DNA of 64,000 nt from an uncultured delta proteobacterium (GTDB lineage: Bacteria > Desulfobacterota > Binatia > Binatales > Binataceae), in the NCBI GenBank assembly GCA_963794325.1, contig CAWCDG010000004.1, positions 960,001-1,024,000 of the forward strand, written 5' to 3'. The position numbers and the translations under genes were made by a program. Below are positions 41,251-50,188 of the stretch, in pieces. A model generated the notes under the pieces. That model was given only the letters and a program-made list of their open reading frames with translations. It had not been told where the DNA came from and did no database searches. Every line of letters begins with the position of its first letter. Position 1 is the stretch's first letter.

Positions 41251-42570
41251 ATGATCTCCACGATCAGAAAGCGCCTCTGGCTGTTGGCTTTCGCCGTTAT
41301 TTGGTGTCTGGCGATCCCATCCGGCCACGCTCGCGCGCAAGGCCCGCAAAGTAGCTCGCTCGTCGATTCCAGCACTCTCAAAGGCAAGCTGATCATGGGC
41401 TACCAGGGCTGGTTCAACTGCCCGGGCGACGGGACCACCGTCGGCTGGTGGCACTGGTTTACCGGACCCGATCCGACGGTCGACAATCTGCCGAATGCCG
41501 CCGACTATCCAGCGGCGCAGCAGTGCGTCACTACCATGCTCGACGCCGGCGGAAATCCCGTGAACCTTTTCAGCGATGCGAATCCGGCGACGGTCGAAAC
41601 GCAATTCGCCTGGATGAAGCAATACGGGCTGGACGGCGTCGCGCTGCAAAGATTCGCGGTGGACCTGTTCGATCCGGCGACCCTTGCGGCGCGCAACATC
41701 GTGCTGGCCAATGTTCGCCAGGCGGCGGAGGACAACGGCCGCGTGTTCTTCGTCATGTACGACCTCACCGGACTGACCCGCGCGAATCTGATGAGCGTCG
41801 CGCAGGACTGGAAAAATCTGGAGCAGGGTGGAGTCACAAAAAGTCCGGCCTATCTACGCCATCGCGGACATCCGCTGCTCGCGCTCTGGGGGCTCGGCTT
41901 CGCGGGCCGGCCGATAGCACCGTCCGATGCGCTGTCCTTGCTCGGCGCGCTCAACAAGGCCAGCAAGCCTCATGGCGGCGTGACGATAATGGGCGGCGTG
42001 CCGTCCTATTGGCGGACGGGCCGGCTCGACGCCTCTTCCGACCCGAAGTGGCAGAAGGTCTATCGCAAGTTGGCGGTGCTGAGTCCGTGGTCGGTCGGCC
42101 GTTTCTACAGCGACGTTTCCGCGGACATCTATGACACAACAGTCTGGGAGCCGGATCTAAGGGCCACGCGGAAGTTCGGCATCGATTACATGCCGGTGCT
42201 GTTCCCCGGCTATTCCTTCGCCAACACCAATCGCGCCCTGGGCCAGCCACCTACGCCGAGTAACCAGATTCCGCGCGATTGTGGCCGCTTCTACTGGCGG
42301 CAGGTGTATGATGCGCTGGGCGCGGGGGCGACGATGCTCTACGGCGCGATGTTCGACGAGGTCAACGAAGGCACTGCGATGTTCAAGATGCTGCCCGACG
42401 CCGCGGGCGCGCCGGTAACCGGAATCCCATCGGGATATTCGTTCGTCACGCTGGATGCGGACGGATGCGCACTGCCAAGCGACTGGTATTTGAACCTCGC
42501 CGGCGCCGCCACAGCCGCAGTGCACTCCGGCACTACGCCTTCGCCAAGCTTACCGCTGCCGTTACCATAA
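41251..42570 (+). CDS. Secreted GH99/GH71-like glycoside hydrolase
   Basis: MGYQGWF, WMKQYGLDGV, SPWSVGR and AMFDEVNEGTA motifs. Confidence 0.8.
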   Translation: MISTIRKRLWLLAFAVIWCLAIPSGHARAQGPQSSSLVDSSTLKGKLIMGYQGWFNCPGDGTTVGWWHWFTGPDPTVDNLPNAADYPAAQQCVTTMLDAGGNPVNLFSDANPATVETQFAWMKQYGLDGVALQRFAVDLFDPATLAARNIVLANVRQAAEDNGRVFFVMYDLTGLTRANLMSVAQDWKNLEQGGVTKSPAYLRHRGHPLLALWGLGFAGRPIAPSDALSLLGALNKASKPHGGVTIMGGVPSYWRTGRLDASSDPKWQKVYRKLAVLSPWSVGRFYSDVSADIYDTTVWEPDLRATRKFGIDYMPVLFPGYSFANTNRALGQPPTPSNQIPRDCGRFYWRQVYDALGAGATMLYGAMFDEVNEGTAMFKMLPDAAGAPVTGIPSGYSFVTLDADGCALPSDWYLNLAGAATAAVHSGTTPSPSLPLPLP

Positions 42571-42575
42571 GACTC

Positions 42576-43178
42576 ATGAGACGCACGGCATATCTCGTAA
42601 GCTTCGTGCTGGTGTTCTGCGCCGCATCCGCGCATGCGCAGGTGCCGGTCAGTCCGTTGATCGTGTCGCAGACCAGCGTGATACGGTTCACGCCGGCCGT
42701 ACCGAGCGGCGACGTGCGCGAAGGTTCGTGCTGGACGGAATCGATCGCCGTCGGCCGAAGTGGCGCGTGGCGATGCACCGTGGGCAACAGCATCAGCGAT
42801 CCATGTTTCACGATTTCCGCAAATCATAACGAACTCGTGTGCGATGCCAATCCCGCGCTGAAAAGGGACGGCTTCGTTTTGAAGCTGATGAAGCCGCTGC
42901 CCAAATCCTCGCGGCCAGATCAGAAAACGGAGCCGTGGGTTTTTCGGCTCGCTGACAATTCGATTTGCCAAGCGATGACCGGCACGCTGTCGCCGGTGAA
43001 CGGCGCGCCGGCGCGATGGTCATGCGCGATTCACATTCGCGATCAGGTCAGGCCGTCGGGATTGGTGACGAAACTTACGCCAGGAAAAATCTGGATGGCC
43101 GACAAATTTCCGGAAAGCGCGCGCGGCCAGAACGGGATCGAACCAATGCAGGTGCCGGTGAAGATGCTCTGGGAATGA
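42576..43178 (+). CDS. Hypothetical secreted Cys-rich protein
   Basis: Signal peptide (AHA); GSCW, AWRC, DPCF and further Cys residues. Confidence 0.6.
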   Translation: MRRTAYLVSFVLVFCAASAHAQVPVSPLIVSQTSVIRFTPAVPSGDVREGSCWTESIAVGRSGAWRCTVGNSISDPCFTISANHNELVCDANPALKRDGFVLKLMKPLPKSSRPDQKTEPWVFRLADNSICQAMTGTLSPVNGAPARWSCAIHIRDQVRPSGLVTKLTPGKIWMADKFPESARGQNGIEPMQVPVKMLWE

Positions 43179-43183
43179 GCGCG

Positions 43184-43687
43184 CTACTGCTTGCGCATCG
43201 CGCGCAATTGGCGGTGGGTTAGCATCCAGCGCAGCTGGCCACCGCCGCGCTCGAAGCGGGGGGGCAAGTCGATCGCGATACATCCACCGGTCTTCAATTT
43301 CAGATGAACCACATCGCTGGCGCCGGTCAGCAGAATCGACCCGACCGCGCTGAGTTGCGGCTCGTGCCCGACGATCATCACGTCCTCATGCTTTGAAAAT
43401 GCACGCAACGCATTCACCGCGTCGGTCGCCGCCACGCCGGTCGCGAGCGCGGGCAAAACCTGCGGCGGCGGATTGTTCTCGTAAGCAGCTGACACTATCT
43501 CGGCGGTTTCGGCTGCACGCGCGAGTGGACTCGTCAGGATCACATTGAACTTGAGACCCATCGCGCGCAGTCCCGCCGCCGCGTTGCGCATTTTTTCCTT
43601 CGATCGTTCAGTCAGTTTGCGCGCACCGTCGTCGCCGCTCGAGGCGGCCTCTTCGGCGGTCGCGTGACGCAGAATATAGAGCATCAT
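43184..43687 (-). CDS. sixA: SixA-type phosphohistidine phosphatase (in frame with the upstream CHAD ORF)
   Basis: LYILRHA, TSPLARAAETA and IVGHEP motifs. Confidence 0.85.
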   Translation of the reverse strand: MMLYILRHATAEEAASSGDDGARKLTERSKEKMRNAAAGLRAMGLKFNVILTSPLARAAETAEIVSAAYENNPPPQVLPALATGVAATDAVNALRAFSKHEDVMIVGHEPQLSAVGSILLTGASDVVHLKLKTGGCIAIDLPPRFERGGGQLRWMLTHRQLRAMRKQ

Positions 43688-44713
43688 GGGATTGATTCCG
43701 TGGCAGAATGCGAGTTCATCGAGTTGTGATTGGAGCGCGGTGGATCTTCTAAGTCTGGGTGCATGACTGGCGATCTGACTAATCGGATCTTTTTCGCCCG
43801 CATCTGCAACCGCCGAGGACAAACTCACCGGCTTGAGCGCCAATCTCCCGGCGCGGCGAATCTCCTCGAGCGTGTCATGCATCGCGTCGGATCGCTCGAA
43901 CTGCCGCCACGCCCGCATGCATTGCCGACGCAATTTATTTTCGCGACTGCCAAGCGACTGAATCAAGGCGCCGGCCGCGAGCATTGTTTTCGGCGGCGCC
44001 GCCGACGTTTCCGCATACGACAGCAGCCAGGCGGACGCGACCGCGATGTCGTGATAACTGCCGAGCAGTTCCTGCAGCTCTTCCAGCCGCCTTACGGTTT
44101 TCCGGTGGCGCTTGGCGCCCAGCGGCGCAATCATCTCGAGCTCGTAGCGCAGCCGCTTGATGCGAACGCGCAGCTTATGGAAAACCGGCACTGGAGCGTC
44201 GGTGGCGAGCTTTCCACCAAGGCGAGCTGCACCGCGCGAAGCCGGGCGGACCAACTGTGCGGCGACGATGCCCAGCCTGCGATCGGCGCCAACCTTTTTA
44301 ATCGCCGGATGCGCCAGCTTGGCCAGCAGATTTCGGTAACGCTTCGATTCGAACAGCTCGTGCAGCCTGGCTTGCTCGGACTTTCGCCCTTGTTCGAGCG
44401 CGGCCAGCATCGGCGCGAGCGCGTCTTTCAGACCGGGATCGATTTTAGTGGCGCGAGCGGCTATCAAGGCGGCGGTCACGTCGCATTCCCGGGCGCCGCC
44501 GGCCAGACTGCCAATCCAGGGAAGGTCGCGCCGAAAGATTTTGAGCTGCGCGGCGTAGATGACGCTCGAGAACAATTCGATTGTCGCGCGGAGCCGACGC
44601 GTCGCCACACGCAGTTGATGCAGCGGCTCCGCTTCGCCGAACTCCGCGGAACTCTGATGCCGCACCAACGATTCAACGCCGGACGCGATCGCTTTGCGCG
44701 CCGCGTCCGCCAC
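43688..44713 (-). CDS. CHAD domain polyphosphate-binding protein (reads into sixA without a stop)
   Basis: LHQLRVATRRLRA, ARECDV, FHKLRVRIKRLRY and LQELLGSYHD motifs. Confidence 0.85.
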
Positions 44714-44780
44714 CGTTTCCCCGGGGAAAGCGTTACCCTGCGCGGCGGCGCATTGAAGCGCGACTCATCTACCACCGTTG

Positions 44781-45539
44781 CTATTCCTTGCGTGTCGATG
44801 TCCCGTTCTCGGTGGAATCGGGATGAGGCTTGCCATTCGAGCGCGACAAATATTCGGCGATGTGCTTTCTGAGTTCGCCCTGGACTTCCTCGACCGGCAA
44901 GCGCGCATCGACCGACACGAACCCGAACTCGCTGGACAAGCGCCGGTACTCGTCGATCAGGCGGGTCTGGTAGCGCTCGAACGAATCGAACAGGTCGGTG
45001 CCGAGCGCAAGATGCATCCCGGATTCCCAGTAGTCCATCCCCTTGCCCATGATGACGCGCGGAATAAGCGATTCGACGTCGATGTCGAGGTAGAGGACGA
45101 GATCAGGGACGAGCGCCATGCCGAAAACCTCGCGCGTCCAATCAGGGTCGGCCCCCATCACCGAGTTGCGGGCGAACGCCGTGTACATGTAACGATCGGC
45201 GATCACGATGAAGCCCGCCTGCAGCGCCGGCAGGATTTCATGCTCGAGGCGATCGGCAAAATCCGCGGCATAGAGCAGCGAGAACGTCGTGACGGTGAGC
45301 TGATGGCCGGCCTTGGCCTCGTTGATGGTCTCGGAGAGCAGCGGCGATCGCGTCCATCCGGTGTTGCTGACGGCGTAGCCTTCCAGCTCGAGCCATGGGC
45401 GGAGCAACTCGATTTGTGCGGAGCGGCCGACGCCGTCGGTGCCTTCAATCGCGATCAAATGGCCGGGCAGCCGCTTTTTCGCGACGTACGGCAGGCCGTG
45501 CCCGTACCAGGTTTTAGCGTGGCTGCGATGTGGCGCCAT
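44781..45539 (-). CDS. Thymidylate-kinase-like protein 2 (degenerate P-loop), putative PPK3 subunit
   Basis: IEGTDGVGRSAQ, FSLLYAADFADR and ADRY motifs; start uncertain (45539 or 45572). Confidence 0.8.
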   Translation of the reverse strand: MAPHRSHAKTWYGHGLPYVAKKRLPGHLIAIEGTDGVGRSAQIELLRPWLELEGYAVSNTGWTRSPLLSETINEAKAGHQLTVTTFSLLYAADFADRLEHEILPALQAGFIVIADRYMYTAFARNSVMGADPDWTREVFGMALVPDLVLYLDIDVESLIPRVIMGKGMDYWESGMHLALGTDLFDSFERYQTRLIDEYRRLSSEFGFVSVDARLPVEEVQGELRKHIAEYLSRSNGKPHPDSTENGTSTRKE

Positions 45540-46380
45540 TTTTTCCGGTAGCTCGCTTGAGGTCGTAGTCACGCAGAATTTCCTGGACCATGGTACGCAC
45601 GACCTTCTGTTGATTGGGAATTTCGGCGGCCGCGTCGATCGGACGCATCCCGAACTCCTCCGTCAGTTGATCGTAAATTTCCAGCACGCGGCTCTGGAAC
45701 ATCCGGAAACTCTCCACCGGATCCGCGGAGAGGCCTACGTCCATTCCAGCCTCGTGGTACTTGAGCTTGGCGCGTCCCGACAGCAGTCGCTCGAGCGAAA
45801 TATCAATCGGCACGCGGAAGTAGAGCGTCAAGTCGGGCCGCAACGCCGGACTATAAACCGCACGGACCCAATCGGGATGCACACCGCGCGCGACGTCGCG
45901 CGCAAACGCGGTGTACACGTAGCGATCGGCGAGCACAATCATTCCAGCCTTCAGCGGCGGCAGTATCTGGTAGGTCAATCGATCGGCGAAATCGACCGCA
46001 TGCAGCAACGAGAACGTCGTTGGCGTCAGCAGATTCTTTTTCTTGCCGCGTTGCATCGAACGCCGCACCAGCCGCGACGAATTCCACTCCGTGAAATGGA
46101 CCGGGTAGCCGCGCGCCCGCAGCCATCGTTCGAGCAGCAGCAGTTGCGTCGATTTGCCCGAGCCGTCGATCCCCTCGACGCAGATCAAGCGCCCCTTATA
46201 AGGATGCGGAGTTTCGAGCAGAGTCTTGGGCGCGGTGCGGGTTGAGTACTTGGGCGGCGTCGAGGATGGAGTAACGTGGCCGTTAGACGAAGCAACGGCG
46301 GCGGGCAGCTCTAACGCTGCAGCACCACCTGGCGATCCAGCAGTCTCGATAACAGGTCCGTTCTTCTCTCGCATGTCCAC
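45514..46380 (-). CDS. Thymidylate-kinase-like protein 1, putative PPK3 subunit
   Basis: VEGIDGSGKSTQ, TEWNSS, FSLLHAVDFADR, ADRY and YHEAGMD motifs; start uncertain. Confidence 0.8.
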   Translation of the reverse strand: MDMREKNGPVIETAGSPGGAAALELPAAVASSNGHVTPSSTPPKYSTRTAPKTLLETPHPYKGRLICVEGIDGSGKSTQLLLLERWLRARGYPVHFTEWNSSRLVRRSMQRGKKKNLLTPTTFSLLHAVDFADRLTYQILPPLKAGMIVLADRYVYTAFARDVARGVHPDWVRAVYSPALRPDLTLYFRVPIDISLERLLSGRAKLKYHEAGMDVGLSADPVESFRMFQSRVLEIYDQLTEEFGMRPIDAAAEIPNQQKVVRTMVQEILRDYDLKRATGKNGATSQPR

Positions 46381-47825
46381 AGTTCGAGGTCGGCCTTCTC
46401 GCGCTTCGAATCGACTCCGACGATCACACGTCCCGGTGAATACCTGACCTCGATATTCTTAACCACACCGAAGTGGCTTCGATCCAGCGCGTCGGCGACA
46501 CGCAAAATCGCGGCGAGGCCCCTGATCACACGGCGCTTGGCGGGGCTGAGCGATTTCAAATCCGGCGAATCGAGTTTCGGGGCCTGCTTGCGATGCCCGC
46601 GAGCCGCCTGCGCGATGACCTCGATTTCGTCAGTGTCGAAGCCGAACAGCTCCGCATTCTTAATCAGGTAGTAAGAATGGCGATTGTGCCGGTCATGATC
46701 AATCGCGTGGCCTATATCATGCAATAAAGCCCCGAATTCAAGCAGTTCTCGCGAGGACTTGGGCAAGCCCAAAACCGGCGCCGTCGCATCGAACAGCTTC
46801 AGCGCGAGCTTCGCCACCTGTTTGCCATGCTCGTTGCTTCCGGTGAATCGAGTCGCCAAGGCGTTGACCGAACGGCGCCGCGCGTCAGCCGCCGATCGCG
46901 AATCAATCTTGCGCGCGAGCCCGAGCAGGACGCCCTCGCGCAGCGCCCAGGTGCATGCGACCAGATCCGGCGCACCGGATTTCTTCAGGATAAAATTCAC
47001 GAGCGTCGCCGCCGCGGGCATCAGGTCGACCCGCTTGGCGTCCATCCCGGGGAGATCGACGCGCAGCGCCGCGTTGGCTTCGACCAGGTCGCGCGTGAGA
47101 TCTGAAATTTCGCCGGCCGACGCGCTCGCGCCATGTAGCCGGCCAAGCTCCTCGCCGCGCGACGATCGCGCCATCGCGACCAGCGTGTTGATCGTCCCCG
47201 ACGTTCCGATCGCGCGGACCACACCCGCGCGCTTCACCTTGCGCATCAACGGGCCAATCACGCGCTCGAGATGCGCCTCGAGCTTGCTCAACTGCGTGCG
47301 CGTCGGCGGATCGTCGAGGAGGAATCTCTCCGCCAGCCGCGCCGCGCCGAGCTTCACGCTCCGCATCCACAGCGGTTTGCCGTCGCGCACCAGCACCAGC
47401 TCGACGCTGCCACCGCCGACATCAACCAGCAGATGAGGCCCGCCGTCGAGACCGAGGGCATGACGCGCCGCCTGGAAAATCAGCCGCGCCTCGTCGAGGC
47501 CGGAGATCACTTCGACCGTCAGGCCCGTCTCGCGCTTGATGCGCCGGATGAACTCCGTGCGATTGCGCGCCTCGCGCACCGCGCTGGTCGCGACCGCGCG
47601 CAACTTCTCGACCCTGCGCACTCGCAGCAGTTTTTTGAAATTGACCAGCGCGCGCACCGCGAGGTCCATCGACTCCGCCGTCAGGCGTCCCGTAGTGAAC
47701 GAGCGCCGCCCCAGCCGCACCATCTCTTTGACCCGATCGACGACCTCGAGATGGCCCTCTCGGCTCACGTCCGCCACGATCATATGCACGGAGTTGGATC
47801 CGACATCGATCGCTCCCAGCCGCAT
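46311..47825 (-). CDS. ppx: Exopolyphosphatase Ppx/GppA with HD domain
   Basis: IDVGSNS, ATSAVREA, DVGGGSVE, ALREG and LLHDIG motifs. Confidence 0.93.
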   Translation of the reverse strand: MRLGAIDVGSNSVHMIVADVSREGHLEVVDRVKEMVRLGRRSFTTGRLTAESMDLAVRALVNFKKLLRVRRVEKLRAVATSAVREARNRTEFIRRIKRETGLTVEVISGLDEARLIFQAARHALGLDGGPHLLVDVGGGSVELVLVRDGKPLWMRSVKLGAARLAERFLLDDPPTRTQLSKLEAHLERVIGPLMRKVKRAGVVRAIGTSGTINTLVAMARSSRGEELGRLHGASASAGEISDLTRDLVEANAALRVDLPGMDAKRVDLMPAAATLVNFILKKSGAPDLVACTWALREGVLLGLARKIDSRSAADARRRSVNALATRFTGSNEHGKQVAKLALKLFDATAPVLGLPKSSRELLEFGALLHDIGHAIDHDRHNRHSYYLIKNAELFGFDTDEIEVIAQAARGHRKQAPKLDSPDLKSLSPAKRRVIRGLAAILRVADALDRSHFGVVKNIEVRYSPGRVIVGVDSKREKADLELWTCERRTDLLSRLLDRQVVLQR

Positions 47826-48037
47826 GGATAGAAGGTAGCCTTCCACGCGCTCGCTGTCATCCACGCTGCCCGAGCCCCGCACCGGCGCGCCAAAATATTC
47901 GCGCAATCATCCGGTGTTGATTAGAAGCGATGCGCGTTACGCCGCGATGAACGCCGAATGTCGAATTTGTTTTTCGCAGTATCCTCGCCGACCCTGTGGG
48001 TTTAATCTGTTGTCAGCACGCCTTACGGACGATTCTG

Positions 48038-49642
48038 TTGGCAGCCGCAGCCTCATCCACGATTGGAACCGACTTCCCCGAGTACGGATCCTCCAGCCAC
48101 AAGTGGCTGATCGCGCTGGCCGTGATGCTCGGCACGACGCTCGAAGTCCTCGACACCTCGATCGTCAACGTCGCGCTGCCGCACATGCAGGGCAGCTTTT
48201 CCGCGAGCGTCGACGAGATCGCATGGGTGCTCACCAGCTACCTCGTCGCCAACGGGATCATGATTCCCATGACGGGATGGATCTCGTCGCGCTTCGGCCG
48301 CAAGCGCTACTTCCTGATGTCGGTCGCAGTGTTCGTCGCCGCGTCGGGTCTGTGCGGCGCGGCTCAATCGCTCGATCAGATGGTCGTATTCCGATTGATA
48401 CAGGGCGCCGCCGGCGCCGCGATGGTCCCGTCGTCCCAGGCGATCCTGATGGAAACGTTCCCGCCCAACGAGCAGCAGCTCGCGATGGCGACGTGGGGGA
48501 TGGGCCTGATGGTCGCGCCGATCATGGGCCCGACGCTCGGCGGATGGATCACCGACAACTGGAACTGGCGCTGGAATTTTTTCATCAACCTGCCGATCGG
48601 CGCCGCCGCATTCCTGATGGTCTGGACTTTCGTGCACGACCCCGCATACCTGCGCACGAGGCGCGCAAAGGGCGGCAAGACCGACTACACCGGCATCATC
48701 CTGCTCGTCGTCGGCCTCGGCCTGGCGCAGCTCGTTCTCGATCGCGGCCAGCGCGCCGACTGGTTCAGCTCGCCGTGGGTCGTCTGGTGCACAATTTTAG
48801 CCGCGATCTGCATCATCGGACTGACCATCAACGAATTGCGCACGCCGGAACCGATTCTCGATCTTTCAATCCTCGGCATTCCGGTCTTCTCGATGTCCGT
48901 GATGCTGATGGTCGCGATGAGTTTCGCGCTGTTCGGCACCGGACTGTTGAATCCGATTTTTCTGCAGGAGCTGATGGGCTACAGCGCGTGGAAAGCGGGT
49001 CTGGTGCTCGCGCCACGAGGACTCGGCACGATGGCTGCGATGCTGATCGTCGGGCAACTCGCGCGTTACCGCTACGACACGCGTCCGCTGATCGGCGTCG
49101 GCTTCGTCATCATGGCAATCGCGCTGTGGCAGATGGCGGGATGGAACACCGACGTCAGCACCTGGACGGTCACGTGGCCCAGCCTCGTCATGGGAGTCGG
49201 GATGGGTATGATATTCCCGACGCTGTCCGCCATCACGCTTTCATGCGTCAGCCGCGAGCGCGTCGGCTACGCCGCGAGCCTCTACAACATGATGCGCAAC
49301 ACCGGCGCGGCGATCGGCATCTCGTACATGACGACCGTGCTCGTCGATCACGAGCAGACGCATCAGTCGTACCTGGTCGCACATTTCACCGTCTTCGATG
49401 CGTGGAAAATGAGCAACGCGGCGCGCCTCACTCCCGGCGCGCGCAGCTTTGACTATATGCCGCAGATGCTCACTGGCCAGAAGCAGGGACTAGGAATGGT
49501 GTACGGCATGATTCAGCGCCAGGCGATGATGCTGTCCTTCAACGACATCTACCGCACACTGGCTATTGTAATGATGATACTGATTCCAACCTTCTTACTA
49601 TTGCGTCGCGGGCAACCCGTCAGTGGCATGGCCGCTCACTAG
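48038..49642 (+). CDS. DHA2 (EmrB/QacA) MFS efflux permease
   Basis: LDTSIVNVALP, WVLTSYL and WRWNFFINLPIG motifs; start uncertain. Confidence 0.92.
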   Translation: MAAAASSTIGTDFPEYGSSSHKWLIALAVMLGTTLEVLDTSIVNVALPHMQGSFSASVDEIAWVLTSYLVANGIMIPMTGWISSRFGRKRYFLMSVAVFVAASGLCGAAQSLDQMVVFRLIQGAAGAAMVPSSQAILMETFPPNEQQLAMATWGMGLMVAPIMGPTLGGWITDNWNWRWNFFINLPIGAAAFLMVWTFVHDPAYLRTRRAKGGKTDYTGIILLVVGLGLAQLVLDRGQRADWFSSPWVVWCTILAAICIIGLTINELRTPEPILDLSILGIPVFSMSVMLMVAMSFALFGTGLLNPIFLQELMGYSAWKAGLVLAPRGLGTMAAMLIVGQLARYRYDTRPLIGVGFVIMAIALWQMAGWNTDVSTWTVTWPSLVMGVGMGMIFPTLSAITLSCVSRERVGYAASLYNMMRNTGAAIGISYMTTVLVDHEQTHQSYLVAHFTVFDAWKMSNAARLTPGARSFDYMPQMLTGQKQGLGMVYGMIQRQAMMLSFNDIYRTLAIVMMILIPTFLLLRRGQPVSGMAAH

Positions 49643-50170
49643 CTATTGCATTTCCGCGAGCGCGCGCTCGAAAACCTCCAACGACTGGCGATCGAACAGC
49701 ACGAACTCCACCCGCTCCAGCGTCGTCGGGCTGCCGAGATGCGCGCGCACTTCCTCGAGCATCACCTCGGCGCATCGCTCAATTGGAAAACCCGCGATGC
49801 CCGTGCCGATCGCGGGAAATGCGATCGTCTTGAGTGAGTTCTCATTGGCGCGCATCAGCGAGTTGCGAGTCGCCGCGCGCAGATTCGCCTCCGACGTGGG
49901 TTCTCCCAGACGCATGCTCGCCGCATGAATCACATGGCGCGCCCGCAACTTTCCCGCGCCGGTGATCGCCGCTTCGCCCAGCGCAATCGTGCCGATCTTG
50001 TCGCACTCCTGCTGAATGCGCGGCCCACCCTTGACCCGAATCGCGCCCGCAACGCCGCCGCCCAGCATCAGATCGTTGTTCGCAGCATTCACGATCGCAT
50101 CCACATCCGCTTCCGTCAGGTCGCCCTGCCGAAACCCGATCTTCGCTCGCCAATCTTTGTTCATCGCCAT
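49643..50170 (-). CDS. Macro domain protein (ADP-ribose hydrolase)
   Basis: GDLT, IVNAAN, GGGVAGAI and FPAIGTGIAG motifs. Confidence 0.92.
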   Translation of the reverse strand: MAMNKDWRAKIGFRQGDLTEADVDAIVNAANNDLMLGGGVAGAIRVKGGPRIQQECDKIGTIALGEAAITGAGKLRARHVIHAASMRLGEPTSEANLRAATRNSLMRANENSLKTIAFPAIGTGIAGFPIERCAEVMLEEVRAHLGSPTTLERVEFVLFDRQSLEVFERALAEMQ

Positions 50171-50188
50171 GTTATTATCACGCCAACC

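Noticed and set aside
44781-46380. Calling the pair canonical tmk (dTMP kinase)
   Set aside because: Tandem paralogs, one with a degenerate P-loop, lacking the usual TREPGG motif and in a polyP gene context; no gene symbol assigned.
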